This document shows, piece by piece, positions 1-10,599 of a stretch of DNA of 64,000 bases. Positions within the stretch are counted from its first letter, which is position 1. Every line of letters starts with the position of its first letter. Origin of the DNA: Savitreella phatthalungensis (taxonomy: Eukaryota); assembly GCA_051599415.1 (NCBI GenBank), contig AP039698.1, forward strand, positions 310,001 through 374,000, read 5' to 3'. The notes beneath the pieces are model-generated. The model saw only the letters and a program-made list of their open reading frames with translations, searched no databases and was not told the origin of the DNA. The translations under genes were made by a program, and so were the position numbers.

Positions 1-2
1 AC

Positions 3-1388
3 ATGCACGAGATCATCACCCTTCAGCTTGGTACTTCAGCCAATTACCTTGCCACACACTTCTGGAACATCCAAGAACATGCAGTACGTTCCCCAACGCC
101 CACTTCCCATCATCTTCCCCTCGAAGACATTGTTGATCATGACGTCCTCTTCCGCCAGGGACTAGCGCCTGATAGATCCACCGTCACTTTCACACCCAGA
201 GCCCTCATCTATGACAGAGGAAGAAGCTTTGGTGCTCTCAAACGCGTCAATGAACTCTACCAAGAACCAGAGCTCAAACAGGACCCGTCCGGAGCAGAGT
301 CACTCGAGAAAATAGAGCAAGACCAGTTCCCACTTCATCCCTTCCAAACATCCTTGGACGAGACAGAGGATGGCGCAGGTGACAGCTCCCTACTATCTGA
401 CAACAACGTCAACGCCTGGTCAGACTATGCCACACAATTCTTCCATCCACGCAGCTACCTCCAAGTAAACCCAACAGCTTCATCCCAGTTGAATTTTGAC
501 GACTTTGATCACGGCGTTGACCTTTTCCGCCAACGAGACGCACAAGTCGAGATCTTTGACAATGACTTGCGCTCCTTCCTGGAGGACTCCGATGGGCTAC
601 AAGGCTTCCAGATTATCGCATCCCTCTCTGACGGCTGGTCAGGCTTCACTTCATCCATGGTCACTCTCCTGGCAGACGAGCTTCCCAAGCAGACCAGATG
701 GCTCTTCGCCACGGGCTCTCCCGCAAGCCGCCTCCATCATCACAACATTGCACGCACTCTCGCGGACACGGAAGAGAATCTCACTGCATTCGTACCTTTT
801 CTCACACGTGCATCATATTCCGCTTCAGCAGACGCCGCCGCCTGGCTGGATGACCTGACCTTGCCTGCCAGAAGACTGAATGACAAGCTTGCCTACAGCG
901 ACATCACCTCTTTCCTCTACACTGATCGCATCCTTCGCTCTGCAAAACACGGCTCGCAGTCTCTGACACCATCGTTGGATGTCACAGCTCCGAGCGAGCG
1001 CCGCTTCCTCGTCACTCGAACACCCCCAAACGACAGCACAGGCACACCTGCACGGGACGGTCTCGAGAGTGCACTCGGTCAGGACAGCGCATTGACGACG
1101 ACCTATTCCTGGCCACGGGCACGCCTGCTCCCAAAGTGCTTCCCTCACACACAAGCTTGGTCCTCAGGCACGGACGACCGGTCTGTCTCGATCGAGGACT
1201 CCGCGACAGGTGCACGGACATTTTTGAAAGATCTGCGAGATATGGTCCAAGGAATTCGTGGCGCGCACGGCTACACTGAGCGCAAGGAGCTCGTCTCTGA
1301 GTTACTCGAATATGAGGATAGGTACCGTGGCGAAATGGATGAGGAACTAGGTTCGAGCGCCGGCGACGAAGACGAGGACTTTGTATAA
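3..1388 (+). CDS. DML1: Misato/Dml1 tubulin-like protein
   Basis: N-terminal MHEIITLQLG...NYLATHFWN Misato segment; tubulin-like D-LQGFQ...DGWSGF block; acidic tail. Confidence 0.9.
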   Translation: MHEIITLQLGTSANYLATHFWNIQEHAVRSPTPTSHHLPLEDIVDHDVLFRQGLAPDRSTVTFTPRALIYDRGRSFGALKRVNELYQEPELKQDPSGAESLEKIEQDQFPLHPFQTSLDETEDGAGDSSLLSDNNVNAWSDYATQFFHPRSYLQVNPTASSQLNFDDFDHGVDLFRQRDAQVEIFDNDLRSFLEDSDGLQGFQIIASLSDGWSGFTSSMVTLLADELPKQTRWLFATGSPASRLHHHNIARTLADTEENLTAFVPFLTRASYSASADAAAWLDDLTLPARRLNDKLAYSDITSFLYTDRILRSAKHGSQSLTPSLDVTAPSERRFLVTRTPPNDSTGTPARDGLESALGQDSALTTTYSWPRARLLPKCFPHTQAWSSGTDDRSVSIEDSATGARTFLKDLRDMVQGIRGAHGYTERKELVSELLEYEDRYRGEMDEELGSSAGDEDEDFV

Positions 1389-1441
1389 AGCGGTCCTCCC
1401 ATCGCCGTCAATACAGACAACATTGCAAGTTCTCTTCAGCC

Positions 1442-2161
1442 ATGCGCCTCGCCTCCATTCTTCTTGGCTTGACGACCATCGCCATGTCTAGCGCACAGCT
1501 CTTCGCGCCGAATAGCACGGCGTCCGCGGTCATCATCATAAATGGCAACCCGACCACCTTGTCATCCGGCGACTGCAACACTGCATGCATCGACGTCCAG
1601 GGAGCACTGTCGACATGTCAGGCAGATGTCATGGGTGACTCGCTCGCGGGACCTGGCGTATACACGTGTGCCTGCAAGACTAATGACTTCGTCAATCAAG
1701 CCGAACGATGTGCTGCTTGTGCCTCCTCCTTCGGCAGTCTCGATCTCTTTCGCGAGCTCAAATCCATAATCAAGTCGTGCAGCACATTGACTCCCCCGGT
1801 CTCCGCCAGTGTCTCCTACTCGATCCCTGTCGTCACCCATACCTCCTACACCACCATTGGCGCTAGCTACATGAGCGCCACAGCCACCGCATCAGCCACG
1901 TACGAAAGCGGCTCACCTATGACCACAGACAGTGCCACCGTGGTCGCACCCACGATCACGCCCATTCCAACCCATGCCTCAGCTTCGACATACGTGCCCA
2001 CGACAAAGTCCACGACGACCACAGCGACAGCGACCATGCCCATAAATTCCTCCGGCGCCGTGCCACGTGATCTTCCTGCGATCATGACCTCTTTGGTGTG
2101 GGCACTATCCATCGGACTCGTCCTCGCAAGTGGCCTTGCAGGATTTACTTCCTCGATATGA
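1442..2161 (+). CDS. Secreted, probably GPI-anchored CFEM-like Ser/Thr-rich cell-surface protein
   Basis: Signal peptide; 8 Cys in a C-x3-C-x9-C-x2-D...CxC-x11-C-x2-C-x19-C pattern; Ser/Thr stalk; NSSGA followed by a hydrophobic C-terminal tail. Confidence 0.75.
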   Translation: MRLASILLGLTTIAMSSAQLFAPNSTASAVIIINGNPTTLSSGDCNTACIDVQGALSTCQADVMGDSLAGPGVYTCACKTNDFVNQAERCAACASSFGSLDLFRELKSIIKSCSTLTPPVSASVSYSIPVVTHTSYTTIGASYMSATATASATYESGSPMTTDSATVVAPTITPIPTHASASTYVPTTKSTTTTATATMPINSSGAVPRDLPAIMTSLVWALSIGLVLASGLAGFTSSI

Positions 2162-2187
2162 TGGCACAATGGAAAGCTCCTCAAGCG

Positions 2188-3567
2188 CTATACCGCATCG
2201 CCCTTTGCCGTAGTCTGTTCCGCCGTCGTTGCTGTCGTTGTCGTCATAATCTTATTCAGTTTCTCTAGCGCGAGTGCGAGGTCCTTGCACTCGACCCTGT
2301 GCGATGCCGCGGGAGGGCTTGCCTTCCAGTGAGCGACCTGGCAGTCGCGACTGCAGTACCTGACCTGCTTACATCTCGCACACGCCTGCAGCCCCTCGAT
2401 GCCCTCGTTTTCGCACGCCACATTCCCACACCGCGTCGCGTTCGCCACAGCCTGCTCGAGCGCGCGCGTATACGCTCCATCCCGACCGAACTTGACGCGC
2501 GCCACTACCGCCACCTCTCTAGCAATCTCCAGCAATCCATTCTCCCAAGCGACCACTCCAGCCACAAACCGCGCGCCCCTACGCCCACCAAGGTCCAGCA
2601 AATGTCGCATGGTACCTGTCATGGTTCCCAGAAGAACGATTGGATTTTCCTTCTTTGAGAGATTGAAAAGCCATGTTGCGTGGTCGAGTGCGTACTTTGT
2701 GAGTTGTGGTGTGTCAGGACTGAATCGATCGGCGGCTTCGATAGCAGCGATCCTGTACAGCTGAGCGACGTAGTGATTCTTACCACCAGGCAGACGCCCA
2801 TCAACCTCCTCGACCATCCTGACAACCTCATCCCACCCACCTACCTCCAACCCCACCCACCGCTCGTACAACTCCCTTGCTACATCCACATCGTCCGTCA
2901 CAACATCCCCCTCAGCAACGCACCGCGTGCATTCACACACAAACCCCTTCGACAGCGCTAGCTTCTCGCGGCGGTACGATCTCGGGAGGAGTAGGTCGAC
3001 TGCGCTCAGGTAGCTTGCTGTGATTTCGGTGTTTGGTGGGTGTGGTGTGAGTAGGGTGAAGGTGATGGTGCCGCCTGTGGGTGTGTCTGTGCACCGGTAG
3101 ATGGCCGTGGGTGCGCAAGCGTGATTGACAATCGCTCCACGCGGAAACAACCCCACCTTCAAACCATCCCCACCGACCTCGTGCGCATTCAACTGAGCTC
3201 GCAACACCACCAGCATCCAATCATCCACCCCCCGCTCACCCACAAACCCCACCGTCTCCCTCAACCGCGTGATCGACCGACGCCACCGGTCAACCAGGTC
3301 CGTCAGGGGTGGTGAAGGGTTTGTGATGGTGGATGACGCTGTGTCTGCAAGTTTCTGGCGGTCGTGTGGAGCTTGGGCGTATGCTTGCAGGATCGATAGA
3401 ACTTCTTGATCTTCCTGACGCACGATCGGCCGTCCTCCCAAGCGAGACCACCACAGCACAGCGTCCTCCTCCAGCACCACAGTCCCGCGATCCAGCCACC
3501 CACCGCACACAGCGCCCCGGCCGTGCAAGGTCTCCCGCACCTCAAACGCACATGATCTCACATTCAT
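2188..3567 (-). CDS. SET-domain lysine methyltransferase with C-terminal MYND zinc finger
   Basis: HGRG start of SET, NHACAP motif, EITASY, post-SET CECTRC, MYND CARCKQVRYCSRDCQVAHWK; first ATG at 3567. Confidence 0.85.
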   Translation of the reverse strand: MNVRSCAFEVRETLHGRGAVCGGWLDRGTVVLEEDAVLWWSRLGGRPIVRQEDQEVLSILQAYAQAPHDRQKLADTASSTITNPSPPLTDLVDRWRRSITRLRETVGFVGERGVDDWMLVVLRAQLNAHEVGGDGLKVGLFPRGAIVNHACAPTAIYRCTDTPTGGTITFTLLTPHPPNTEITASYLSAVDLLLPRSYRREKLALSKGFVCECTRCVAEGDVVTDDVDVARELYERWVGLEVGGWDEVVRMVEEVDGRLPGGKNHYVAQLYRIAAIEAADRFSPDTPQLTKYALDHATWLFNLSKKENPIVLLGTMTGTMRHLLDLGGRRGARFVAGVVAWENGLLEIAREVAVVARVKFGRDGAYTRALEQAVANATRCGNVACENEGIEGLQACARCKQVRYCSRDCQVAHWKASPPAASHRVECKDLALALEKLNKIMTTTTATTAEQTTAKGDAV

Positions 3568-3920
3568 CGGGTCTGCGGGGGTGTTGTTCGAGGCTGTGCA
3601 GGTGTGAAGGAGTGAGAGGTAAGGCGCATCGATAGCCTTCTTCGGAATAAGTTGTGCATCCAACAAAAAGATTGTGATACTCGATCGAGTGCATCCTCTC
3701 TGTACATACGTCACTCGAAAACACAGCTAGCTGAATACATAGAAATTCAAGTCATAATACATGTGATTCTATAGCTGAAGAGATTGCTCAGAAGGAAACA
3801 CTACAGTACTCAATCTCGAGGTTGTAGGGGCATATATGTGTTGATTGTCGTGATCATATCTATCGTGAGTATCGTCTCAATGTCTATTCAGAATATGTGA
3901 GGCTGATTATGTGTTGTGCG

Positions 3921-4499
3921 TCAGCCGAAGAGAGTGGGATCGTCTAGTTTGAGTGAGGCCGTGATCGCTTGGAGAGTCCGATCGAGTTCGTCATCAGAAG
4001 GTTCTTCTTCAAATACCGGGCAATTGATACTGATGAGGATATCGACGTCATGTGGGAGCGTCAGATGTGTACACGACAGTGCTACCCGGACTTTCAACGT
4101 GCCTGACCTTTTCCCAAACTTCGCCACCGCCTGATACCCAATCACCGTCTCCGCAACCACCGCACCCTCCCCAACTACCTGCGACCTTAGCGTCCCAGAG
4201 GAAATGACCTCAGCCACGGCAGCAGTATTGTCGGACGCGAGGGCGGCGAAATGAGCAACCGCTCGCGTGTGCGGCTGGTCCAAGGTGACCACATTGCCTG
4301 GTAAGGTGATCGCTTCCGTCAGATCGATCGGGTCTGTCAACTCCACAACGACCGAGATATCCTTCCCCGGTAGAGCGCCAGAATCCACAAACACCTCCTG
4401 GTTGTCAGGCACCTGTCTCATGTCCGATGCATCAATGAACGACTTTGGTATCAGGCATCGCATCGCCCCGCCAAATAACCGTCTCTCCGCGAGATCCAT
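3921..4499 (-). CDS. MOG1: Ran guanine nucleotide release factor Mog1 (Mog1/PsbP fold)
   Basis: LFGGAM...P.SFIDASDMRQVPDNQEVF signature; DILISIN; ATG at 4499. Confidence 0.9.
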   Translation of the reverse strand: MDLAERRLFGGAMRCLIPKSFIDASDMRQVPDNQEVFVDSGALPGKDISVVVELTDPIDLTEAITLPGNVVTLDQPHTRAVAHFAALASDNTAAVAEVISSGTLRSQVVGEGAVVAETVIGYQAVAKFGKRSGTLKVRVALSCTHLTLPHDVDILISINCPVFEEEPSDDELDRTLQAITASLKLDDPTLFG

Positions 4500-4900
4500 C
4501 CCTTCCAAAACTCCTACACCGACACAGAACAGTCACTGTTGCAGCAGCTCGGAAACTGCCAGTAGAACAGATGGCGAATAGGCCTAGACTTGGATGTCTA
4601 TGCTGGTGTTACCTCCGCTTGTCAGTCATTTGATTCCAATTCTGATTCTGATTTAAGAGAAGCAAGAAGAAAAAGAACGAAAGTTGAAACGAATGTGCGT
4701 GTGCATGTGAAATACGGTTGATGGGTGGAGCCGATACTCTTCCGCTCTCCAGGTCTACAAGTCAGTCAGTCAGTCAGTAAGTCAGTCTAGTGCACTCTTA
4801 CAACGAGACAACCCTTCCTCATCCTCTGCTTCTCCTACTACTACTCCTCCTCCCACACGACGCAAGAAGCAGAGCCTAGCTTCCGATCAAGACTATCTCG

Positions 4901-6031
4901 ATGCGCGTCTCACAACTAGACTCGCGTCTCTTGGACGATGAGCTCTTAGGACTTTTGACGCTGAATATCGATGCTGCCTTTGGACTCTTCTCGAGGGTGG
5001 ACGATCGGTGGACTCGATACTCTCGTGCTGCCGTGCGGGCGATCGTGTGGAAGCTTGGTATTTGGGATCGTGGAGAGACCTACGGATCTGCGATGCAGTC
5101 TCTGCGGTATGTTGGGCTGACGCGGTGGAAGAAGGTTGTGCTCGGGTTGGTGACGGTGGTTGGACCGTTGTTGCAGGAGCGATTGGGGGGACAGGTCCAG
5201 GGCCGCGTCAAAGTCCTGGCAAGCTACCTGGAAGCAGCGTTTGAGACATTCACACTCCTCAACTTCATCGCCTATATCGCAGGCGACCGTTACGATTCCC
5301 TCCTCCACAGAATCCTCCGAATCAGGCTAAAACCCACCACAGCAGCCTACCGCGCAGTCTCCTTCGAGTTCCTCAACAGGCAGCTCGTCTGGTCACAATT
5401 CACAGAGTTCCTACTGGTGTTCCTGCCGCTTTTGAACCTTCCACGGCTGCGGCGCAAACTCGCAAACTATATACCCCTCGCGGGGATCGGGTCTGTGGGC
5501 GGCGGTGACGGGCAGCTGCTCGGATTTCTGCCGGAGAAGACGTGTTCGGTGTGTTTTGCAGAGTCGAGGGATCCCGCAACGGTGGTAAATCCGTACGTCG
5601 CTACACAGTGCCGTCACATCTTTTGCTACACCTGCGTCGTCTCACAGCTCAAGCTGGGCGAGGGCGAAGGATGGCCGTGCAATCGATGCGGCGTCCAAAT
5701 CCTCGGAGCGACACCATATCGAGAGATCGCTCAGGTCAAGGCGGATGAGAAAGAGCTGGAGGAGTTCAAAGCAGACGAAGATGAGCAGTGGCATGCGGAG
5801 GACAATGATCAGGAAGAGAAGAAGAGGGAGGCTGACGAGGACAGCAATGATGATACAGACGAAGATGACGACGAGAGGGAAGATGACGATGAGAATGATG
5901 ACTCAGAGCAGGAAGAGGAGTACAGTGAGGAGGGAGAGGAGGAAGAGGAGGACTTTGATGACGATGATGACGAGAGAGATGCTGAGGAGCAAAGGTCATT
6001 GTACAGCGACTCTGAATCGACAGAGGAATAG
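4901..6031 (+). CDS. PEX2: Peroxisomal RING ubiquitin ligase Pex2
   Basis: RVSQLDS.LLDDEL start, VSFEFLNRQLVW..FTEFL, C3HC4 RING (CSVC...CRHIFCYTC...CNRC), long acidic tail. Confidence 0.9.
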   Translation: MRVSQLDSRLLDDELLGLLTLNIDAAFGLFSRVDDRWTRYSRAAVRAIVWKLGIWDRGETYGSAMQSLRYVGLTRWKKVVLGLVTVVGPLLQERLGGQVQGRVKVLASYLEAAFETFTLLNFIAYIAGDRYDSLLHRILRIRLKPTTAAYRAVSFEFLNRQLVWSQFTEFLLVFLPLLNLPRLRRKLANYIPLAGIGSVGGGDGQLLGFLPEKTCSVCFAESRDPATVVNPYVATQCRHIFCYTCVVSQLKLGEGEGWPCNRCGVQILGATPYREIAQVKADEKELEEFKADEDEQWHAEDNDQEEKKREADEDSNDDTDEDDDEREDDDENDDSEQEEEYSEEGEEEEEDFDDDDDERDAEEQRSLYSDSESTEE

Positions 6032-6491
6032 ACTCCCAATCATTCTACAGCATGTAGCAGGACTCATCGAAGACCAGCAACCAGCAGTCTGTCGCTTCCT
6101 GGAGAATTCATCGCTTGGCCAGTTGCAGTGACTGATGGCTGCAGGTGTCCTTCCACCTTCATAGTAAAATAAATGTGAATTACTGAACAAGCATGCAACG
6201 GCACATATGTGCATCAATCAAATCTGGTCACAATGCAGTACCAGGTTGCGTCAGAGACAAGCCCCTCTTAGACTCCATCTCCAATCTCCACGACCATCTT
6301 CTAGTCACAGCACACACTCTCACACACACGCACTACATCAACTCACGCTCACGTAAGTCATAAACAGAGAGTACAAATCGCTCATACTACTTCTACCTCT
6401 CGCTGCTCAACAGCGTGAGTGCCCGAGATAGCACTTCGCCTTTGAAGCCGAAAGTCTTGGCGTTTTTGTTTTTCACCACACGCGATCCACG

Positions 6492-7031
6492 ATGCTGGAG
6501 GAGATTGTGATTGCACTGGTGGTCATCATCGTCGTCGCAGGTCTCTCGTTCGCAGGATACCTAGCGTACTACCACGTAACTGCTCGTCGGCAAGGTCGGA
6601 TTCCCGACGGTATGCTTCCCGACCACATCACCAATATCTTCAGCCGGTCTTCCGGCGGTGGTGGTGGTGGCGTTGGTGGTGTTGGTGGTGACGCGATTGG
6701 TTTGAGGACTGGAAGGGTGGGTAGGACGAAGTTCTCTGCGCTGGATGTGGACGAGGCTTGGGATTCTCACGTGGACGAGGAGATGGGTTACGAGAGTGGG
6801 AAGGGGGCTGGCGGTCGACCTTCGCAGCAGCCTGGGACGTCCAAGACCACATACTACGACGAGCTAGACGACGAAGCCTTCGACGCCCCCTCCTCCTCGT
6901 CAAAGTCAAAACTCACATCATCTCAGCTAGACGCTCGCTACGACGACGCAACCACGCACCACACATCGACCTCTCACGCACAGGAGAACCCGTTCGGTTC
7001 AGGAGCCTATCGCTCAGACAGTCGCCCTTAG
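6492..7031 (+). CDS. Small single-pass membrane protein of unknown function
   Basis: ATG, N-terminal hydrophobic TM helix, Gly-rich stretch, FSALD.DEAWD and ENPFG motifs; possible 5'UTR intron about 6353-6413 (GTAAGT...CAG). Confidence 0.7.
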   Translation: MLEEIVIALVVIIVVAGLSFAGYLAYYHVTARRQGRIPDGMLPDHITNIFSRSSGGGGGGVGGVGGDAIGLRTGRVGRTKFSALDVDEAWDSHVDEEMGYESGKGAGGRPSQQPGTSKTTYYDELDDEAFDAPSSSSKSKLTSSQLDARYDDATTHHTSTSHAQENPFGSGAYRSDSRP

Positions 7032-7103
7032 ACCTCACATTCCCTTCAATTTGTACATAGTCCGGGTCTTGATATACATGCATCTCTGTTTTTTTCATCG
7101 TTC

Positions 7104-8507
7104 TCAACGGCCGTATTTGACCTTGTCCTTGTCATTGTCGTCATACCGATCACGATGTCGTCGATGTCGTTCACGTGATCTCGATTCTGATCTGCGTCTG
7201 CCGTCACGGTCGCGTCTACTGTATTCCCTCCTAGATTCATAATCGTCCTCGTCATGGCCCCCACGGTGTCGTCGACCGCATTCACCCGATCCAGAACCGT
7301 GTCTGCTGCTGTGATCACGTCTCTTGTGCTCTCGGCTGCTTCGGTATTCGTCCTCGTACTCATCATCCTGATGGCGGTGCCGTCGATGCCGTCCAGGCGA
7401 TCTGGATCTAGATCTAGGTCTGCTGTCGCGGGTGCTTCTCTTGTACGCTCTCTTCTCCCGGTAGCCGTCGTCGTCGTCATCATCGTAATCGCGGTGAGCA
7501 GCACGATCTCTCCCACTTCTATGTGGAGAGCGGGCGGCGCGCTGCTGTTTTCTGACGGATTGCGAGAAGTCTACATGGATGTGCCTGTCGTCGATGAGGA
7601 CTCCCTGCATCTGCGAGTAGGCTGCCTCTGCGTCCTGACTCCTGTGAAACTCGACAAACGCGTACCGGAGCGAGTCTCGGGTCACCCTGTCCCTCACCAC
7701 TTCGCACGACCTCACCTGGCCAAACCGCCCAAAGATCAATCCCAAGTCGTCAGACCGCGTCGCACCATTCAACCCACCCACAAACAACACATTCTCCTCC
7801 GGCCGCGCGCCTGCAAACGGCAAATCACCGAGGGTCTCGAGCGCGAGCGCTGAGACCTGTGCTTCCTTGACTCTCCTGCTGTCTTCGTCTTCCGCGGGCT
7901 CGAGGGTGTGGTCGGTTGGGTGTCTGGCATGTGCGAGCTGTGCGGGTGTCGGTGGTGGTGAAAGGTTGCGGGTTGGGATGTCGGCTTGCGGGAATGGGTC
8001 GTGTAGGATGATTGTGTGGAGGATCCTGATATCGTGGAGTGGTCTGCGGTCGTCGTCGCACATCGCTCGCTCAACCTTCCCGAGCACGTCACCCACATCC
8101 TCAGCAACCCGCCCAATCACAGCGTGCACCCCAACAAACGACCTGCACACACCCAAGCACACAACCACCTGAGACCCCGCCAGCCGGGACCCATCACACG
8201 TCAGAGCCACCGTCCCGCGCAAGAAGCTGGAGTCCCGCGAGATCTCAGGGTGGAAGAAGTTGCGTGCGTGAAGGGCAGAAGTGTCATCGGCGAACGACCA
8301 TGCGCTGCGGTTGAGTGAGTTCTGAGTGTCTGGGTATGCGGGATCGCCAGTCTCGAAGAAGGCGTGACGGTGGACGTTGAAGATTAGGTTGTAGTTGTAG
8401 TGCTTGAGACCGCACAGCTTCAGGAAATTCGTACATGCCCGAGGTGCACGGTCGACGTCGAGATCGATCACTAGATCACCGACTGTCGTCTCTATCAGGA
8501 CGCTCAT
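7104..8507 (-). CDS. PPIL4: Cyclophilin-RRM-RS protein (PPIL4/Rct1 family)
   Basis: MSVLIETTVGDLVIDL...NFLKLC cyclophilin start, RRM (VLFVGGLN...YAFVEF...IHVDFSQSV), Arg/Ser/Asp-rich tail. Confidence 0.9.
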   Translation of the reverse strand: MSVLIETTVGDLVIDLDVDRAPRACTNFLKLCGLKHYNYNLIFNVHRHAFFETGDPAYPDTQNSLNRSAWSFADDTSALHARNFFHPEISRDSSFLRGTVALTCDGSRLAGSQVVVCLGVCRSFVGVHAVIGRVAEDVGDVLGKVERAMCDDDRRPLHDIRILHTIILHDPFPQADIPTRNLSPPPTPAQLAHARHPTDHTLEPAEDEDSRRVKEAQVSALALETLGDLPFAGARPEENVLFVGGLNGATRSDDLGLIFGRFGQVRSCEVVRDRVTRDSLRYAFVEFHRSQDAEAAYSQMQGVLIDDRHIHVDFSQSVRKQQRAARSPHRSGRDRAAHRDYDDDDDDGYREKRAYKRSTRDSRPRSRSRSPGRHRRHRHQDDEYEDEYRSSREHKRRDHSSRHGSGSGECGRRHRGGHDEDDYESRREYSRRDRDGRRRSESRSRERHRRHRDRYDDNDKDKVKYGR

Positions 8508-8810
8508 CTGCAGCTAAGAGGCATGTTGATAGGGAGGAAAAGAGGTGACTTGGAAGAAGTCTTGACTTGAGTGACAGCTTTAAGAAGCTTCGAAATAAGC
8601 ATGCATTTACTGCTGTGGAGCCGTCGAGATGTTACGCTCGAGCGCGGCTGCGGCTGCATACACTATGTGTTTGACCAGATCAAAGGTACGCAAGCGAGGG
8701 ATCGATATGTTACATCCGCTTGCATGTCGTCTACCAGATGATGAGATGAAGAAGTTACAGAGGTACGTACGTGTATAGAAGAATAAATAGTGGTGCAGCT
8801 CGACTGGCCT

Positions 8811-10199
8811 CTATTGACCGGCACATTGGAAAGGTGTGCCGATGAGTCCGCTGGAGTAGGCGTCTGCGATGAGCTTGATGGTGACATAGGTTCCTGCGAC
8901 GCAGATGAAGAGTGCTGCAATGATGCAGAGGAAGGCGAGCGTGGTCTGGATCGGGTTCTGACGCCATCCGTCGATGCCGGTAGCCTTGCTCCTCGCCCAG
9001 CCGTACCACAGCAAGTGGAGGATGAAGAATCCGCCGAGACCGAATGTGTACCATGATGCAAAGACGGAAGCAATCACACCGATCAGATAGGAGAAGACTG
9101 GAACTGCGACGGCGAGGATGAAAGCGATCGCCGTCGTGATAAACACAAGGCCGACCCAGAATCCCCAGCCGACGACTGTGTGGGAGTGGAGGTGGCGGGA
9201 CTTTCGGAAGACTCTTGTGAAGATGATCTTTGCAGCGACGTGGACATAGACGGCGCCGCAAATCAAGAAGTTTGGCAATGCGAGACCGTATGCGATCTTT
9301 CCCCACACTTTGGGAAGAGAACCAAATGCAGGTGACTGAACCTGGTCACCGATGTAGACGTACATGACGATGGCAAAGACAACGTAAAAGACTGTGGCGA
9401 ATCCCTGGAGTGCCCAGGCGGCCTTCATCGCGTCGTTAGGGTTGCGCATCTCGGAGATGAGGACAAAGAAGAGGAAGTGTCCGGCGTAGGAGAAGACCGG
9501 GGAGGTGATGGAGAGAAAGGCGGTGTAGAAGTCGTTGTGGACGACAGCCTTGACGACGCGGCCAGGCACTGGATTGACACCTGCACCGACCATGCCGATG
9601 ATACCTGCGACGAGAATAGACAGGCAGGAGATAGCGGTGAGGAAGCGTAGGTTGCCCATGGTCCGAGGAACGGCGACGAAAACGGAAGCGACGGCAAAGA
9701 TGAGGACGAAATATACGCTGCAGATGGCGTTGTCGCTCAAGAAGCTGAGAGCGAGCTGACCGGCGAGCAGCTGTCCGGAGGTGGCTGCGATGGCGAAAAT
9801 GATCGTGCCAGCAAGCAGCACCTCTCTGCCGATAGGTCCAAAAAGAATCATGCCTGCATCACCCATGGAGTGAACGTTGGGAAAGCGCTTCTTGAACTCG
9901 ATCAGCTGCCAAGCTGTGAAGAGTGCAAAGACTCCGAGAAAGACGATGAGGATGATACCTGGCACAAGACCGACGACTGCGATGGACTGTGGTAGGGAAA
10001 GTGTACCGTTTGACACAATCTCGGAGATCATGATTCCAGCCGTCATCGGCCAGCTGAGCGTGCGGTATTTGATGTCATGGCTAGCCTCGTCTCCAAACGG
10101 CTGCTCTGCCGCATCGACAGCTGTCAGGCGTGATGTCGGTTCTGCGCTGTAGAGTTCCTCGGTAGGAGCGCTGATGTCGCTGCTGCTCTTCTTGCCCAT
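8811..10199 (-). CDS. Neutral amino acid permease (AAAP/Mtr-like, about 11 TM)
   Basis: IKYRTLSW...MISEIVSNGTLSLP, FSYAGH..F..LISEMRNP.D motifs of Mtr-type transporters; multiple hydrophobic helices. Confidence 0.9.
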   Translation of the reverse strand: MGKKSSSDISAPTEELYSAEPTSRLTAVDAAEQPFGDEASHDIKYRTLSWPMTAGIMISEIVSNGTLSLPQSIAVVGLVPGIILIVFLGVFALFTAWQLIEFKKRFPNVHSMGDAGMILFGPIGREVLLAGTIIFAIAATSGQLLAGQLALSFLSDNAICSVYFVLIFAVASVFVAVPRTMGNLRFLTAISCLSILVAGIIGMVGAGVNPVPGRVVKAVVHNDFYTAFLSITSPVFSYAGHFLFFVLISEMRNPNDAMKAAWALQGFATVFYVVFAIVMYVYIGDQVQSPAFGSLPKVWGKIAYGLALPNFLICGAVYVHVAAKIIFTRVFRKSRHLHSHTVVGWGFWVGLVFITTAIAFILAVAVPVFSYLIGVIASVFASWYTFGLGGFFILHLLWYGWARSKATGIDGWRQNPIQTTLAFLCIIAALFICVAGTYVTIKLIADAYSSGLIGTPFQCAGQ

Positions 10200-10548
10200 G
10201 GTGACTCGCTACACCAGTTGTATATAGGAGGTGCGCGGGTAAGGATGCTGGTGCTCGTCCGGGACAGTGATACTACAGTATGGACAGGCCTGTCGCTTTG
10301 TATCTACAGAAGCGCGCGCTCTGTACTGTTCGGCTCAGCTGTGTGATCGAACGATAGTCTTGCGAATGCTGCTCGAGCTATGGCGCAATCACGGAAGTTG
10401 TGTATGAGGTCAAGTCGTCCGGTGTTGCGCGTGTGATGTGAGCGTCAGGTGGGACAAAGAGGTGCGTCTGTGGTAGTTGAGACTAGGGTGTCTATGAATG
10501 AGATATAGTTCCCTCGAGCTGGATATGCCGGTCGGTGGGGTCAGGTCA

Positions 10549-10599
10549 AGATGAGATGAGTTGAGATGAGATGGGATGAGATGAGATGGGCTGAGATGG
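10549..10599. repeat. Degenerate (GATGA)n pentanucleotide tandem repeat
   Basis: agatgagatgagttgagatgagatgggatgagatgagatgggctgagatgg seen directly. Confidence 0.85.

Noticed and set aside
4514..4629. Possible upstream coding exon and intron for MOG1
   Set aside because: The candidate donor/acceptor pair does not preserve the reading frame
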